From positions 165,467-229,466 of the forward strand of contig JASMDC010000001.1 in assembly GCA_030753015.1 (NCBI GenBank): a DNA stretch of 64,000 nt. Direction: 5' to 3'. Each line of letters begins with the position of its first letter. Position 1 is the stretch's first letter. The DNA comes from Candidatus Undinarchaeales archaeon (GTDB taxonomy: Archaea; SpSt-1190; JASMDC01). Positions 39,901 through 48,228 of this stretch are shown here, in pieces. A model generated the notes under the pieces. That model saw nothing but the letters and a program-made list of their open reading frames with translations. It was not told the DNA's origin and made no database searches. The position numbers and the translations under genes are program-made.

Positions 39901-41890
39901 CGTCGATCGTCACGAGGTGTGCGTTCCACGACTCGCACTTCGATTTCGCAGCAGGCCATTCCAGCTTATCGGTCATCTTGTAGCAGTGCCCGCCGAACGT
40001 GCGTGCACCATCGCATATACCGGCCTCCGGCGCCTCGCCCCCTGACGTTTCGGTCAGGCTCATGACCAGAGTGACCTGGCAATCGTTGCTGCTCTTCTTG
40101 GCAGCCGTAACATGGAGCTCGGCTTTCTCGTCCGGATCGACCTTATAGGAGAGGCTCTGGCTCTCAACACTCCCACATGTCACACCCGATCCGCCTTGAT
40201 AGCATTCTATCTTGCGCTCACCGGAGCTGTCCCTACAGTCGTCAGCGTACCTGGCTGTAAGGTACACCTCAGGGAGGTCCTGGTCGCCCTGACAAGTGCC
40301 CGTGATGTCGAGTTCACAGAACTCTGAAGAGAACATCACTCCGGTCTCGGTCTCTAGCTTGGTGGAGCACTCCTCCCGGGTCATGGTTTGGAAATCAGCA
40401 TTGTCGCCATCCTTGATCACACAGCATGCCATGCTCTCGTCGCGAGGACCGCAAAGCGAGGGATCTGTAGCCCGTTCCGGCAGGGGGCACGTGATGCCCT
40501 GGTCGGGATCGATGTCCAACCATGCATATATGTCACCGTGGGCCCTGCAGCAGACCTTACCCTTGAGCGTGTAGGTAGAGGCGTCCTTGATCACATTGCA
40601 TCCTGAGGCCTCTTTCCACGTGGTGCACGACACACTATCACTTGATTGGGTCTCGCAGCAGTCCATTCTCGATGCGGCCTCGGTGTATCCATCAGACGCA
40701 CATGAGGTAGGCATCCAGTCATAAACAGGTGCATCCGCGGTCCCTTTATTGCAGCAAAATAGACAGTCGGGCTTCACGGGCCGGGGTAGGGCGCACGTCC
40801 CGTCATCACCGTCGTTGTATGGCGCGTCTGTACAGAGGTTCGGATCGACGGTGTGGCCAGGGCCGTATTTGTTAGTTGTATCACCAGTGCATTTGCCCTC
40901 GTTCTGGACCCAGCGATAGGGATAGTTTTCATTCCCGGGGATGTGACAGCAAGAGCATGAACGGAACTGACACAAGCAACCGAACGTGATCGGGCCATTG
41001 ACATCCTCCTTCCGCTGGAAGTTCATGATTAGAGGCGTGAATAATGTGTCCGCCTTGTCCGGATAGACCTGCTTGCACAGTTCCGTACAACTATCTATCT
41101 CCTTGGCGCTGACCGTCGTGACGTCATCCTTCGAGGTATCCATATCGATGCCGCCGGCAGGTTCCCAGACACGCGGATCGTAGCAGCCCTGAAGACCTCT
41201 GAAATAAGGCGGATCGGGATCCCCGTAATCGAAGGCCGCGAGACGTCCCTTCTTGCAATAGTCGGGGCAGTGGTCACGGGCATATTGGAGGGCTTCTTCC
41301 TTAGCAATTTCCCTCTCAGCAGAGTTGCCCGACGTGTAGGTGAAGGCCTTGCCGATGAAGACCTTGTCGGTGCACCTGCTATTGTACGCCTCGATGTTCT
41401 GAGGGGGAGTAGGGGATTCAGAGGTAGTCTCCTCCTCTTCAGCGGCTTCCTCTGGTTTCGCGATATTGAAGGAATAGGTCTTGAGATTGCTCAAGGACGA
41501 GTCGGGAGCGTTCCCCTCACGGTCGCCGAATAGCTTCAGCTTCCCTGACTTTCCGTCATAGGTAGCATAGGGTATCCTCACGGTTGCCCACCCGATGGTA
41601 GAGCTCCAGCAATAGTCTGCTTCCGGAGTCTCAGTGGATGTTAACTTTGACTTGTCGCATAAGAAATCTGCTATATGAACGTCATCGACCTTGACGAAGA
41701 TACCAATCGTCGATGATGTTTCGGTATGATAGCAGAAGATCCTCAGATGTGTATCTTCTAAAGTTTCTTCACAAATGAACGCACCCCTGTCGTCCTCGTC
41801 GGTGCTTGTCGCCGTCGCGAGGAGCGCGCAGAGCACAAATGCCGTGAACAGCGCGTAGGTATATCTTGTTCGATTGGTACTGAATCCCAT
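33992..41890 (-). CDS. Giant (~2630 aa) secreted Cys-rich protein with nested C-type lectin domains, Dickkopf-like Cys repeats, DT tract and C-terminal Ig-like domains
   Basis: Likely start ATG 41890 (MGFSTNRTRYTYALFTAFVLCALLATA signal peptide); two sets of HCY, WIG, EPN and WND motifs; GxxCxxxxxCxSxNCxxxICC three times. Confidence 0.85.
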   Translation of the reverse strand: MGFSTNRTRYTYALFTAFVLCALLATATSTDEDDRGAFICEETLEDTHLRIFCYHTETSSTIGIFVKVDDVHIADFLCDKSKLTSTETPEADYCWSSTIGWATVRIPYATYDGKSGKLKLFGDREGNAPDSSLSNLKTYSFNIAKPEEAAEEEETTSESPTPPQNIEAYNSRCTDKVFIGKAFTYTSGNSAEREIAKEEALQYARDHCPDYCKKGRLAAFDYGDPDPPYFRGLQGCYDPRVWEPAGGIDMDTSKDDVTTVSAKEIDSCTELCKQVYPDKADTLFTPLIMNFQRKEDVNGPITFGCLCQFRSCSCCHIPGNENYPYRWVQNEGKCTGDTTNKYGPGHTVDPNLCTDAPYNDGDDGTCALPRPVKPDCLFCCNKGTADAPVYDWMPTSCASDGYTEAASRMDCCETQSSDSVSCTTWKEASGCNVIKDASTYTLKGKVCCRAHGDIYAWLDIDPDQGITCPLPERATDPSLCGPRDESMACCVIKDGDNADFQTMTREECSTKLETETGVMFSSEFCELDITGTCQGDQDLPEVYLTARYADDCRDSSGERKIECYQGGSGVTCGSVESQSLSYKVDPDEKAELHVTAAKKSSNDCQVTLVMSLTETSGGEAPEAGICDGARTFGGHCYKMTDKLEWPAAKSKCESWNAHLVTIDDALENEFIKETFAENLWIGYNDRTQEGRYVWTTDPSFSDLSDVCSDGYFYNGHCYKPTEKLTWAEAKAKCVGWGGYLTTINDDGENNYIKAQFSGDKWIGLTDEGSEGGWTWVEGVSNAFAKWKSGEPNGGTGENCVEVYSNGVWNDEKCTDKHEGICESDGPPNTERLYSNWKNNEPNNWWGNEDCGQIYTSGKWNDNNCDDKYKSLCESEEGGDPGYVQRLFFPNDEVKADPDQYDVTPYAMTIAYLRLLEHRPAAEKGCLGCKVKHTYVSGFSDTNNDGTTTNGMKYEVCISPDPDLTSGCSRAACITQLEDFLGDELISIDPGDADNLRIFKVKSSVLNIGACSRDEELIGEDIDHIDITEYDGDAEQKDIANHLGNVKCEDGEIPAKNNFADYLKEVKKFQVGAHEFYTDLHANLITMLDALEKQCDSCNTALTDFLGTGYTASTGTGQQQIPTGVNVKIDDVEIEFIFGTPIDLDDLPDKDSEDNDFHCKTALKNKGYQNIVFYKIKNTNDVKGYVNKSTSTAVHIDLAPGGSQSNIATTSCEFKRDSFAWVTSNPSSGSSTTVPSVCSPGKFCACDADLGLETYITEDFVASDAFVPGLCHRGVQAICLTETNTKCPALASDLTARTDDFQKALNCPVCIPLPCVAGVDVHDGGLNSIECKADEMNPKTDDNGYAGSDKDCCSTSCDSNQLYICSANDPAAGSDLGFSAATSNCEEKNGCSDECERTDSEGKVICTNDETDISAGVLEVEYRTNMAIVPAKLVECQQQVSDLKDLCTVDGAEDLYDEIKAGPCRTRDTVQNVVTTLKTFIDELVTGIEVTSDLIDEYEGSTNIDDVKVTSVLIQLNTKLAEIADKGSTDTFRKNLKNSVAMVDRIITDTADENEQGTVTQYQGIESIGAGTADWKFKDECPDIVVRYRELGYSGDCAYQPKYHLPEEREALIDPFYQKVLQYLTSQPEGSGPMSFARDSRCIIDGTITSDKPIGRCEMGDTEEKTIKDQQFDDWGTKHDSALSKLNAVDSATTPIQDDTLLYEIHQSCMSYTTTGGQTITPETDDDTDTDTDTDADTDTDTDTDTDSNTDTDDTTGIGQGCNRNSDCPSGNCINDICCANSRYCCFVDSHCLSFGSDAKCDPNTSYCLKTAGGTACPSDPKEDDGGDCDYDDECKSANCRSNICCKRHEQCCTGPDQCSTSSGQMCGGDNYCIEDPNYVQPNSKDNGESCTYPNHCISGNCKSGICCTNRAECCSSNSDCLQNEVCDTSLHYCVTPEEIPPEEDPSSANFCAAFCRETCNIGAINGRCHSELGYCVCNIGFEWKGTSQKCDAPEISPDVKSKMMACCNSLFGIEPDTLDLPNPFEDTSTTECSSAAVFKDGKVHFDKCRTKYSDLNNYCCYQGLEEKPLTKKCYYQDEYATCQKACQDLYPSNEKACEAACKEANVDCEKGCIEAPITQDSTTLLKCMNGEIPGLGDCGANDKVYRQIIGCFQRSPSTYSIAENIKCAQAKKGMLPSFTVSGLGLYKDDVAQTTVYGGDIATVKADITNAGALYFSGQVSFGVIVLPPCPETGCDWSDYIEYNTLGTVQGNNEINLIPAATITLESEPFDVDASWIGNEVWLVLNLRDGSGVVGAYESKTGVSVLKMGVIAPTDAFFNEERIITAYPFQEVTGHVKLVSEYFPLKADVYLTDTNNREIEGTRVSHTYAAKITDPVIVKTNTFTVPKEFAYFGNILRIGFEAFDKNDQLVAKSVLSTPVICDTCPEDYINVLMEYPDAYLKIENPELKVAGANFIDADGEHIPATGLYQKRDVRAQVTVRNAVGVAFDGTVKVTVQDESGTAITAATADLKDKALAKDGKYTITTDAFLAEEGHSYNILVHAVADDVDWFKRQLSRITYPYAVLDVQDLSTVQGEGPKDYTITYALGTCVLRVECTGCLPTCEILVDQPTCTFRSEGVCDPPGSTCSCIAAAV
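36640..36722 (-). repeat. 6-bp-period repeat encoding (DT)n
   Basis: DDDTDTDTDTDADTDTDTDTDTDSNTDTDD; direct repeat atccgtgtcggtgtcagtatcgg twice. Confidence 0.85.
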
Positions 41891-42074
41891 TGATAAACCC
41901 CAGTAATATACTCCATTACAGCGGTTTAAAACCATTTCTCGCAACGGTTTGGGAGAACGAACCGGGATGGTCCCTCCAGATTGCCTACCTCGTGAAATCG
42001 TCGGAAGTCGTCCCAAGTCGTCCCAATGCGAAGATAAGCTATTTTTTCATCCAATGGGCCAAGAAACGCCAGTT

Positions 42075-44003
42075 TCAGCAATCCTCGTCCCGGGACACGA
42101 CATTGTGATAGGTGCCTTCCCGGTCGAGCTCCACGGTGATAGGCTTCATCGCGATGTCCGGGAGCGAGCTTGTGCCCTCGACCACCTCGAGGATCATCCC
42201 CTTCGGAAGGACCGGGTAGATGGGGCGGTCCGAGCTATCCTTGGACGATACTGCTAGCAGGAGGTACTTGCCCGGATTCACCGTGGGGAACTCGATCCCC
42301 CCATCCTCATCGGTTATCGCACTAACAACGTCACCGAGGGTTGTGTCCATGGGAAAGAGGAATACCTCGACGTATGCTGGCGGCCTCCCATCGACATAGC
42401 CGAGCGGCACCGGCTCCCGTTCCTCAACCGTCTGGGATGACGCGCAGTAGACGTCGTTCCTCATGACCACCCGGCTCGAAAGGGCGCCGAATTTCCGCAC
42501 CGGGAGGGTGACTTGGCTCGCGGCCCCGATCTTTTCCTTCAAGCTCGATCTGGCGTACTCGGTCCCCTCTGCCTCGAACACGATGTCATGGACTCCGCAC
42601 GGGACGCCATCCCAGGTCGTTCCAGAGGAATAGCTCATGTCAACGTCGTTCGATGGATAGCGGCATGAGTCGATCCGGAGAGAACCTTCCATCGCTGGTG
42701 GATCGAGGTCCACCGTGAGGGAGCAGGCGCCCTGACACTGGTCCTCGATGTACTTGGGCGCTGAAACTGACTCGTTGGTAGCAGCGGACAGCTTCTGAAG
42801 ATAGGGTTCCATGTAGAACTTGAACTCCAATGGCTTGATCTCGGATGACGTCCCGGCGGCGCCGACGACCTTTGCCGAGGGTAGGAGGTCGCGAAGGATG
42901 ATCTTGACGGGGAAGTGGATGGAGTAGTTCATCTTGTACCCCCCCGTACAATCGCCCGAAGGGGACAGACCGAAGGGACCGAGTCTGAAGAAGTACACCG
43001 TGTCGGTCGAGCGGTAATCGGGCTTATCCTCGTTGGCGATGAAGGAGAACTTGAACTCGTTCTCATAGAGGTCGAAGGTCCACTCTACGAACTCCATGAC
43101 CTTCTCGATATCAGCCTGTTCCATCCCGGTGAATGTCTCCACTCCACTGAAGTCGGCTTTGCGTACGCGGCGCATCTCGTTAGCGACAGCCAGGCGGGAA
43201 TGTTCCCGGAAGGGCTCGATAAGGTTCCCATGCTTCGAGAGGGGATTCCCATCGGTCGAGATCACGCTGATCTCGTACCGAGCATCCTGGTCACAGGACG
43301 GGATGCCCTTGCAGCAGTCACCACCCGGTTTGGGGATGCGCGGATCCGACGTGATGCTGTCGAAGATGGAGTCCTCCATGGTCCGGGCGTCGATGTAGCT
43401 CTCGACATAGTACACTGCGATGTCGTGCAGAAACTTGAGCCGGAGCGGCACGTTGACATCGAACTCGATGTCGGTCTTCACTTCCTCGCCCTCAGCCCTG
43501 ATGCGGACGGGAAGGCTCAACCGTGCCGTGATGGAGTTGTCCAGTAGGGTGACGTTAGCCTTTGGGAATCCGAAGGAGTAGAGGTCCCTGCGTAGGGTCT
43601 TCTGCAGCTCAAGGACACGCTCCTTGACGTTGCGCTCGATCTCCTGGACCATCATCTGCTCCATTACCTGGCTCGTGGGTATGTTCACGATTTTTCCCTC
43701 GTAGAACCAGTAGGGGACGCCCAGGTGGCTCAGAGGTGGATGGTTCTCTTTTGTATAGCCGCCATGCGCGGCCATCTCCTCTGCGGACTCGTGGACAGCA
43801 GCCTCGAGGAACCGCTCCAGGGAGGATTGGACCGACTCGAGCTCGTTACGGACCGTTTCCGATTGTATCTCTTGTCGACGTACTTCGGATTCCGTCTTCC
43901 CTCTGGAGAACATCGTGTAGAGCACGAAGATGACCACCACCGCCAGGGCCATGATGCCAAACAATGCAATCTGTCCCCGGGTGCCTTTACGCCTCATGTG
44001 CAT
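42075..44003 (-). CDS. Large protein with class III (pilin-like) signal peptide
   Basis: RRKGTRG|QIALFGIMALAVVVIFVLY matches the archaeal [KR]G|Q prepilin pattern; HGGY and VPYWFY motifs; C-terminal carboxypeptidase-regulatory-like beta domain. Confidence 0.7.
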   Translation of the reverse strand: MHMRRKGTRGQIALFGIMALAVVVIFVLYTMFSRGKTESEVRRQEIQSETVRNELESVQSSLERFLEAAVHESAEEMAAHGGYTKENHPPLSHLGVPYWFYEGKIVNIPTSQVMEQMMVQEIERNVKERVLELQKTLRRDLYSFGFPKANVTLLDNSITARLSLPVRIRAEGEEVKTDIEFDVNVPLRLKFLHDIAVYYVESYIDARTMEDSIFDSITSDPRIPKPGGDCCKGIPSCDQDARYEISVISTDGNPLSKHGNLIEPFREHSRLAVANEMRRVRKADFSGVETFTGMEQADIEKVMEFVEWTFDLYENEFKFSFIANEDKPDYRSTDTVYFFRLGPFGLSPSGDCTGGYKMNYSIHFPVKIILRDLLPSAKVVGAAGTSSEIKPLEFKFYMEPYLQKLSAATNESVSAPKYIEDQCQGACSLTVDLDPPAMEGSLRIDSCRYPSNDVDMSYSSGTTWDGVPCGVHDIVFEAEGTEYARSSLKEKIGAASQVTLPVRKFGALSSRVVMRNDVYCASSQTVEEREPVPLGYVDGRPPAYVEVFLFPMDTTLGDVVSAITDEDGGIEFPTVNPGKYLLLAVSSKDSSDRPIYPVLPKGMILEVVEGTSSLPDIAMKPITVELDREGTYHNVVSRDEDC

Positions 44004-47000
44004 CCCACCACGTATCGGCCGGGATTGGACTTCACTTGGAGGTCCGTACGCTTCGATTCGACGACACCCTGCGGAGTATGGATCTCCACGAGCAGCTCCA
44101 CTGTGCTACCGCCGTTCGGTGGATGCGGACAGAGGGAGATGTCTGAGAGATGCAATCTGACACCCGATGTCGTGCTGACAAGATAGGCGAGGTTCTCTGT
44201 AACGTTCCGATCCCCGATGAACACACGGAAGTTACGCTCGGAGACGTCGATGGTTCCTTTGATCTGGAGGAATACGTCGAGATTGAAGCCCATCACAGCA
44301 AGGTAATGGATGAGCGGCTCGTTGTCGTTGCCCGGGCTCGCTCGCTGGATTCTGAAGTCGAGAGGGACATAGTCCGTAACTTCGATGGGCTCTTTCGAAT
44401 TACCAATGCGCCCGAGGTGCTCGATGGCAACAGATATGGCCTGTTCGGTGGGCAGGGTGGTGTACACAATCAGGTGCTCCATCTCCTCACGGACGGCGAG
44501 CTCATGGCCCTGTCCGTCGTCCGTCCGAACAGCGGCCTTGATGTTGTTATCGTCCAAGGCGAATTCGATCCATTCATTGCCGGATGCTAAGGTGATGGTT
44601 CGGTCATCAGCGCTCTTGGAGATCTCGGCATACTCCATCCAGTCCTTACCGAACGTGCGCCGTAGGTAGCTCCGCACTTTTCCATTGTCGGTGCCCGGAA
44701 CCTCGTTCCAGGTGAAGAGGAGTGTGTCCATGAACGTCGTTGATAGCTGCCAACGGTCCGAGAGCTTGTTATATGTCGGTGTGAAGTCAGCGGGCGTGAG
44801 CCCTCCGAACGTGATGTTGAAGGCCTTCTTGGGTAGGTTCACCACGGACCTTCCATCGAGGTCCTGGACGACCGCATCGGTCTGGAGCGGGAAACCGATC
44901 TCGAAGTCCTTGGGCCGCACCCTGTCCGGCTCGATGTCGTGCAGGCTCACTCGCAGGAACGATTCGTCCTCAGGGTACCATACCTCGAATGGCCGCCGGA
45001 TGACATGGATGTTGCCTTTGTACCCGATTACAATGAAGACCTCGTAATCCCCGGGCGGCAGATCCGCTGTGAAGGATGCCTCGATCTTCCAGCCGCCGGC
45101 ATGGTCGTCGTGTACCTTCTTGATGGTGGGCGCATTGAGGGCTTCATGGTCGTGGAGGGACGCGTTCACGTTGAGCTCGTCGAGCGCTTCCTCCTCGAGA
45201 AGTACTCCCTCGTACCTGATGTTCCCGCGCCAGATGACGTTCACGGCGTCCGTTCGGAGCACGTCCGCCCTGACATGATCGGGTTCGAGATCGAGAAGCG
45301 AGAACTCGAGGTTGGACGGGGCACATCCTCCCTTGGCGCACATCTCACCGATAACGCAGGTGGCCTCGGGATTCTTGTCCTTGCCGAGGCAGATGCAGGT
45401 GCCCATGCATACCTCTCCGATATCGATGCACGAGAGCGTCTGGAGGCCGCTCTTGGCCATACACTCTCCCTCGGACTCAATGATGATGAAAGGGCTCTTG
45501 ATACGCTGCTCGGTGCAGTCGGAGGGGCTACAATATCTTCCGTACTCACACACGTCAAGGACGTCACCTGTCTCCTTATCGAAGCAGAGGCAGAGGGGGA
45601 TGTCGGAGGACGAAGGAGTACAGGTCTGCCCCGTCTGGATGCACGGGAGGGTCGCACCGAGAACGTGCATGGAACCGCCATCGCACACCTCTGACTGGGG
45701 TGTGCGGAGCTGGGGTCGCCACTCCGAAACCTCGATCATGTTCACCGAACCGCCGACGTTCTGGTTGTCGCGGTAGGCCGTGGTCTGGATTGTATAGGCT
45801 CCCGGATCGAGCGAGGGATCGAGGCTGAGCTCAGCGTTGCCACATCCGAGCGACTCCTCCTCCATCACCTTGATGCCGTCCTGATTGAACACCTGGACAC
45901 TGCATATGTCCCCCGGCGCGTCGGTGTAGAGGGAGACATCCTCGCCGGCCTTGTACACGTCCTTGTCGGTTTTCGTATCAGCAGGCATTACTCCACCGAC
46001 ACCGATCAGTTCGAAACGGGCAGTAGCACGGCCGACAAGGCCCTGGTGATAGCCCTCCACTTCCACAAGGTAAGTGCCGGGCGCCCACGAAGTGGACGTG
46101 CCCACGACCACGTTCGTACACGTCTGGAGCTCCAAGGTGTTCTTCTTGGTCCAGAACGAATCATAGACGTTCACCGTGCACCCTTCCAAAGGCTGTGCTG
46201 GGTGGACATCCAGCACGAGGCCGGTCCCCAGATGGACGGATGTCCGCTCTGTCACGAGACGGATCGCTAGGGGGGGTTCGGCCAGCCTGAACTCCTGCTT
46301 GATATACTCCATGGCGTCGCCGCGCACACCGATGATATGGAGGTCATAGAGAACGGCGTCCATGGAGCCGTCAGTGGGGATAACGAGCTTCTCACAGGAC
46401 GAGCCGAAGGCCTTGGCGACCGGTCGGTCATCTCCTCGTTCCGTGAGGGCCGCGATGCAGAACTTGAAGCTGCCTGAAACCTCACCTACCTTCTCGATGT
46501 CGATGGTGTCGCCAACAGTATGGTCGCCACGTTCAGGCGCCTTCAGGGAGAAAGCATCCATCGCCACCATGCGTCCGGCCAGGGTGAAGTTCGATTCCAG
46601 GGTCAGGTCGGTGACATTGGCCACCCGTAGCGTATAGAGCGAAGGATAGGTGATACGCAGCTTCCTGCCGTAGGTGAACACGCCTGGGATGAGGTCGAAC
46701 TGTTTCGGCCGATAGTGGAGCGTGAACTCGACCTCAAGGCTCTCTCCTTCAATCGTGAAAGTGTTGAAGCTGATACGCGGGACCTCGCCCAGGGTGAACC
46801 TCACAAGGTCCTCCTGCTTAGTGATCGTTGAGTAGGTGTGGTCGAATATATCGAACCGTTTTTCGAGCGCCAGCTCGTCAAGCTCGTCCACGTATCCGGG
46901 TGACAGGCTCATGTCATAGTCCACCGAGATGATCGCGTGCTTGAAGTTGAGCACCTCCACTCTTTCGAGGATGCTGTCCGCGACGAGGTAGCCCCTGTAA

Positions 47001-47092
47001 CCCGAGGCGAGGCAGAGGAGTGCGAGGGCCAGAGCGGCAGCACCGCGGAACACCAGCAGGCCGTGGTGATTCATATCACTACCTCTACGCAT
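43994..47092 (-). CDS. Large secreted Ig-like/Cys-rich protein
   Basis: Signal peptide; TDKDVYKAGE MG2-like motif; two Cys-rich repeats; overlaps the next gene by 10 bp. Confidence 0.75.
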   Translation of the reverse strand: MRRGSDMNHHGLLVFRGAAALALALLCLASGYRGYLVADSILERVEVLNFKHAIISVDYDMSLSPGYVDELDELALEKRFDIFDHTYSTITKQEDLVRFTLGEVPRISFNTFTIEGESLEVEFTLHYRPKQFDLIPGVFTYGRKLRITYPSLYTLRVANVTDLTLESNFTLAGRMVAMDAFSLKAPERGDHTVGDTIDIEKVGEVSGSFKFCIAALTERGDDRPVAKAFGSSCEKLVIPTDGSMDAVLYDLHIIGVRGDAMEYIKQEFRLAEPPLAIRLVTERTSVHLGTGLVLDVHPAQPLEGCTVNVYDSFWTKKNTLELQTCTNVVVGTSTSWAPGTYLVEVEGYHQGLVGRATARFELIGVGGVMPADTKTDKDVYKAGEDVSLYTDAPGDICSVQVFNQDGIKVMEEESLGCGNAELSLDPSLDPGAYTIQTTAYRDNQNVGGSVNMIEVSEWRPQLRTPQSEVCDGGSMHVLGATLPCIQTGQTCTPSSSDIPLCLCFDKETGDVLDVCEYGRYCSPSDCTEQRIKSPFIIIESEGECMAKSGLQTLSCIDIGEVCMGTCICLGKDKNPEATCVIGEMCAKGGCAPSNLEFSLLDLEPDHVRADVLRTDAVNVIWRGNIRYEGVLLEEEALDELNVNASLHDHEALNAPTIKKVHDDHAGGWKIEASFTADLPPGDYEVFIVIGYKGNIHVIRRPFEVWYPEDESFLRVSLHDIEPDRVRPKDFEIGFPLQTDAVVQDLDGRSVVNLPKKAFNITFGGLTPADFTPTYNKLSDRWQLSTTFMDTLLFTWNEVPGTDNGKVRSYLRRTFGKDWMEYAEISKSADDRTITLASGNEWIEFALDDNNIKAAVRTDDGQGHELAVREEMEHLIVYTTLPTEQAISVAIEHLGRIGNSKEPIEVTDYVPLDFRIQRASPGNDNEPLIHYLAVMGFNLDVFLQIKGTIDVSERNFRVFIGDRNVTENLAYLVSTTSGVRLHLSDISLCPHPPNGGSTVELLVEIHTPQGVVESKRTDLQVKSNPGRYVVGCT

Positions 47093-47119
47093 CTACGGGC
47101 TCAATATATTAAATAGCTA

Positions 47120-48139
47120 TCAGGAACCGATATCGGCCGATTCGGGCTCCTTCTTATCGATCCGTGCGCGCTTGAGGTCATCGCGGAGGACGAGGCGATT
47201 CGTGTTCCCCATCCTCTCCTTGCGGAGCACGCTTCGTGACTCAAGGTCCATGACCAGACGGCTGAGCTTGGACTTGGAAATGTCTAGCTTTACCAGCAGG
47301 TCGCGCTGCTTGAGCCTCCCGCCGGCGTGGATCAGGGATTCGACGACCGCCTGCTCGTCCTCCGTGAACACCGAAAGGACAGAGGGCCGCTTCTGTGTAG
47401 CCCAACGGCCAAAGGAGAACAGCGCCAATCCGATGAGGAGACCGACCACGATACCTTGAGGTGTGATGGATTGGTATACCTCTTTGACCTCTTCCTTTGG
47501 GCGCGTGAACCGAGCGAATACACTTATGCTGTCATCGGCGGTGACGTTGGTACGGGCCCATACGAGAAGTAGGTGCTGCCCGTCAGTCTTGAGCTCAGCT
47601 GGCGGGAACAGGACGGAATGCGTCTGCGCTGCCATCCCGCCTACGGGGAGTATATAGCCGGGGGGGAGTTGCACTGTGAGGGAGAAGTCACTGATTGGAG
47701 TAGAAGGATTATATGTCGTACGGAACTCAAGATCCTCCCCTTCCTTGCGTACGAACTGGTCTGTTGTGAAGGATATCGAATAATGACGGTCCTTGCCCGG
47801 GAGCACGGGATAGGTGAACGTGATGTTCACGAGTTTGATCCACTGGTTCTCTGCCACGGTCCATGAGACGTCCTCCCCTACACCGCGGACCGCGATGTCC
47901 TGAACGTCCCGAACGACCGTGAAGAAGGCGTTGCGGATCGGCTCTTGGCCAGTGTTGCGGATGTGAACATCGATGGTCTCATGGCAGGTGCCATTGGGGA
48001 TTACTGCGATCCGCATATAGTACTCCTCATACACCTTTCCCTCGTCCCCGACGGCGGGGCTAAGGAGCGTGAGCACCGCAAGGAGAAGAACACTAAGGAG
48101 ATGGACCCGGGAGTACACTGGGTAGTGGGTGTGGCTCAC
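47120..48139 (-). CDS. Membrane-anchored protein with external domain and C-terminal winged HTH (COG2512-like)
   Basis: Signal peptide, beta domain, TM, then TEDEQAVV...GGRLKQRDL...SKSKLSRLVMDLESR...RMGNTN. Confidence 0.8.
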   Translation of the reverse strand: MSHTHYPVYSRVHLLSVLLLAVLTLLSPAVGDEGKVYEEYYMRIAVIPNGTCHETIDVHIRNTGQEPIRNAFFTVVRDVQDIAVRGVGEDVSWTVAENQWIKLVNITFTYPVLPGKDRHYSISFTTDQFVRKEGEDLEFRTTYNPSTPISDFSLTVQLPPGYILPVGGMAAQTHSVLFPPAELKTDGQHLLLVWARTNVTADDSISVFARFTRPKEEVKEVYQSITPQGIVVGLLIGLALFSFGRWATQKRPSVLSVFTEDEQAVVESLIHAGGRLKQRDLLVKLDISKSKLSRLVMDLESRSVLRKERMGNTNRLVLRDDLKRARIDKKEPESADIGS

Positions 48140-48228
48140 TTCGTTTAAATAGGTTTCACGAGGCGCCTCCTGTGTCTTTTTATAATTTCAACGCCCTATG
48201 ATTAAGACCTATAAGGGGGAATGCTCCG

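Noticed and set aside
41891-42016. First 42 codons of the 2674-aa ORF
   Set aside because: The signal peptide starts at ATG 41890 and a TTTTAAA box lies in this stretch
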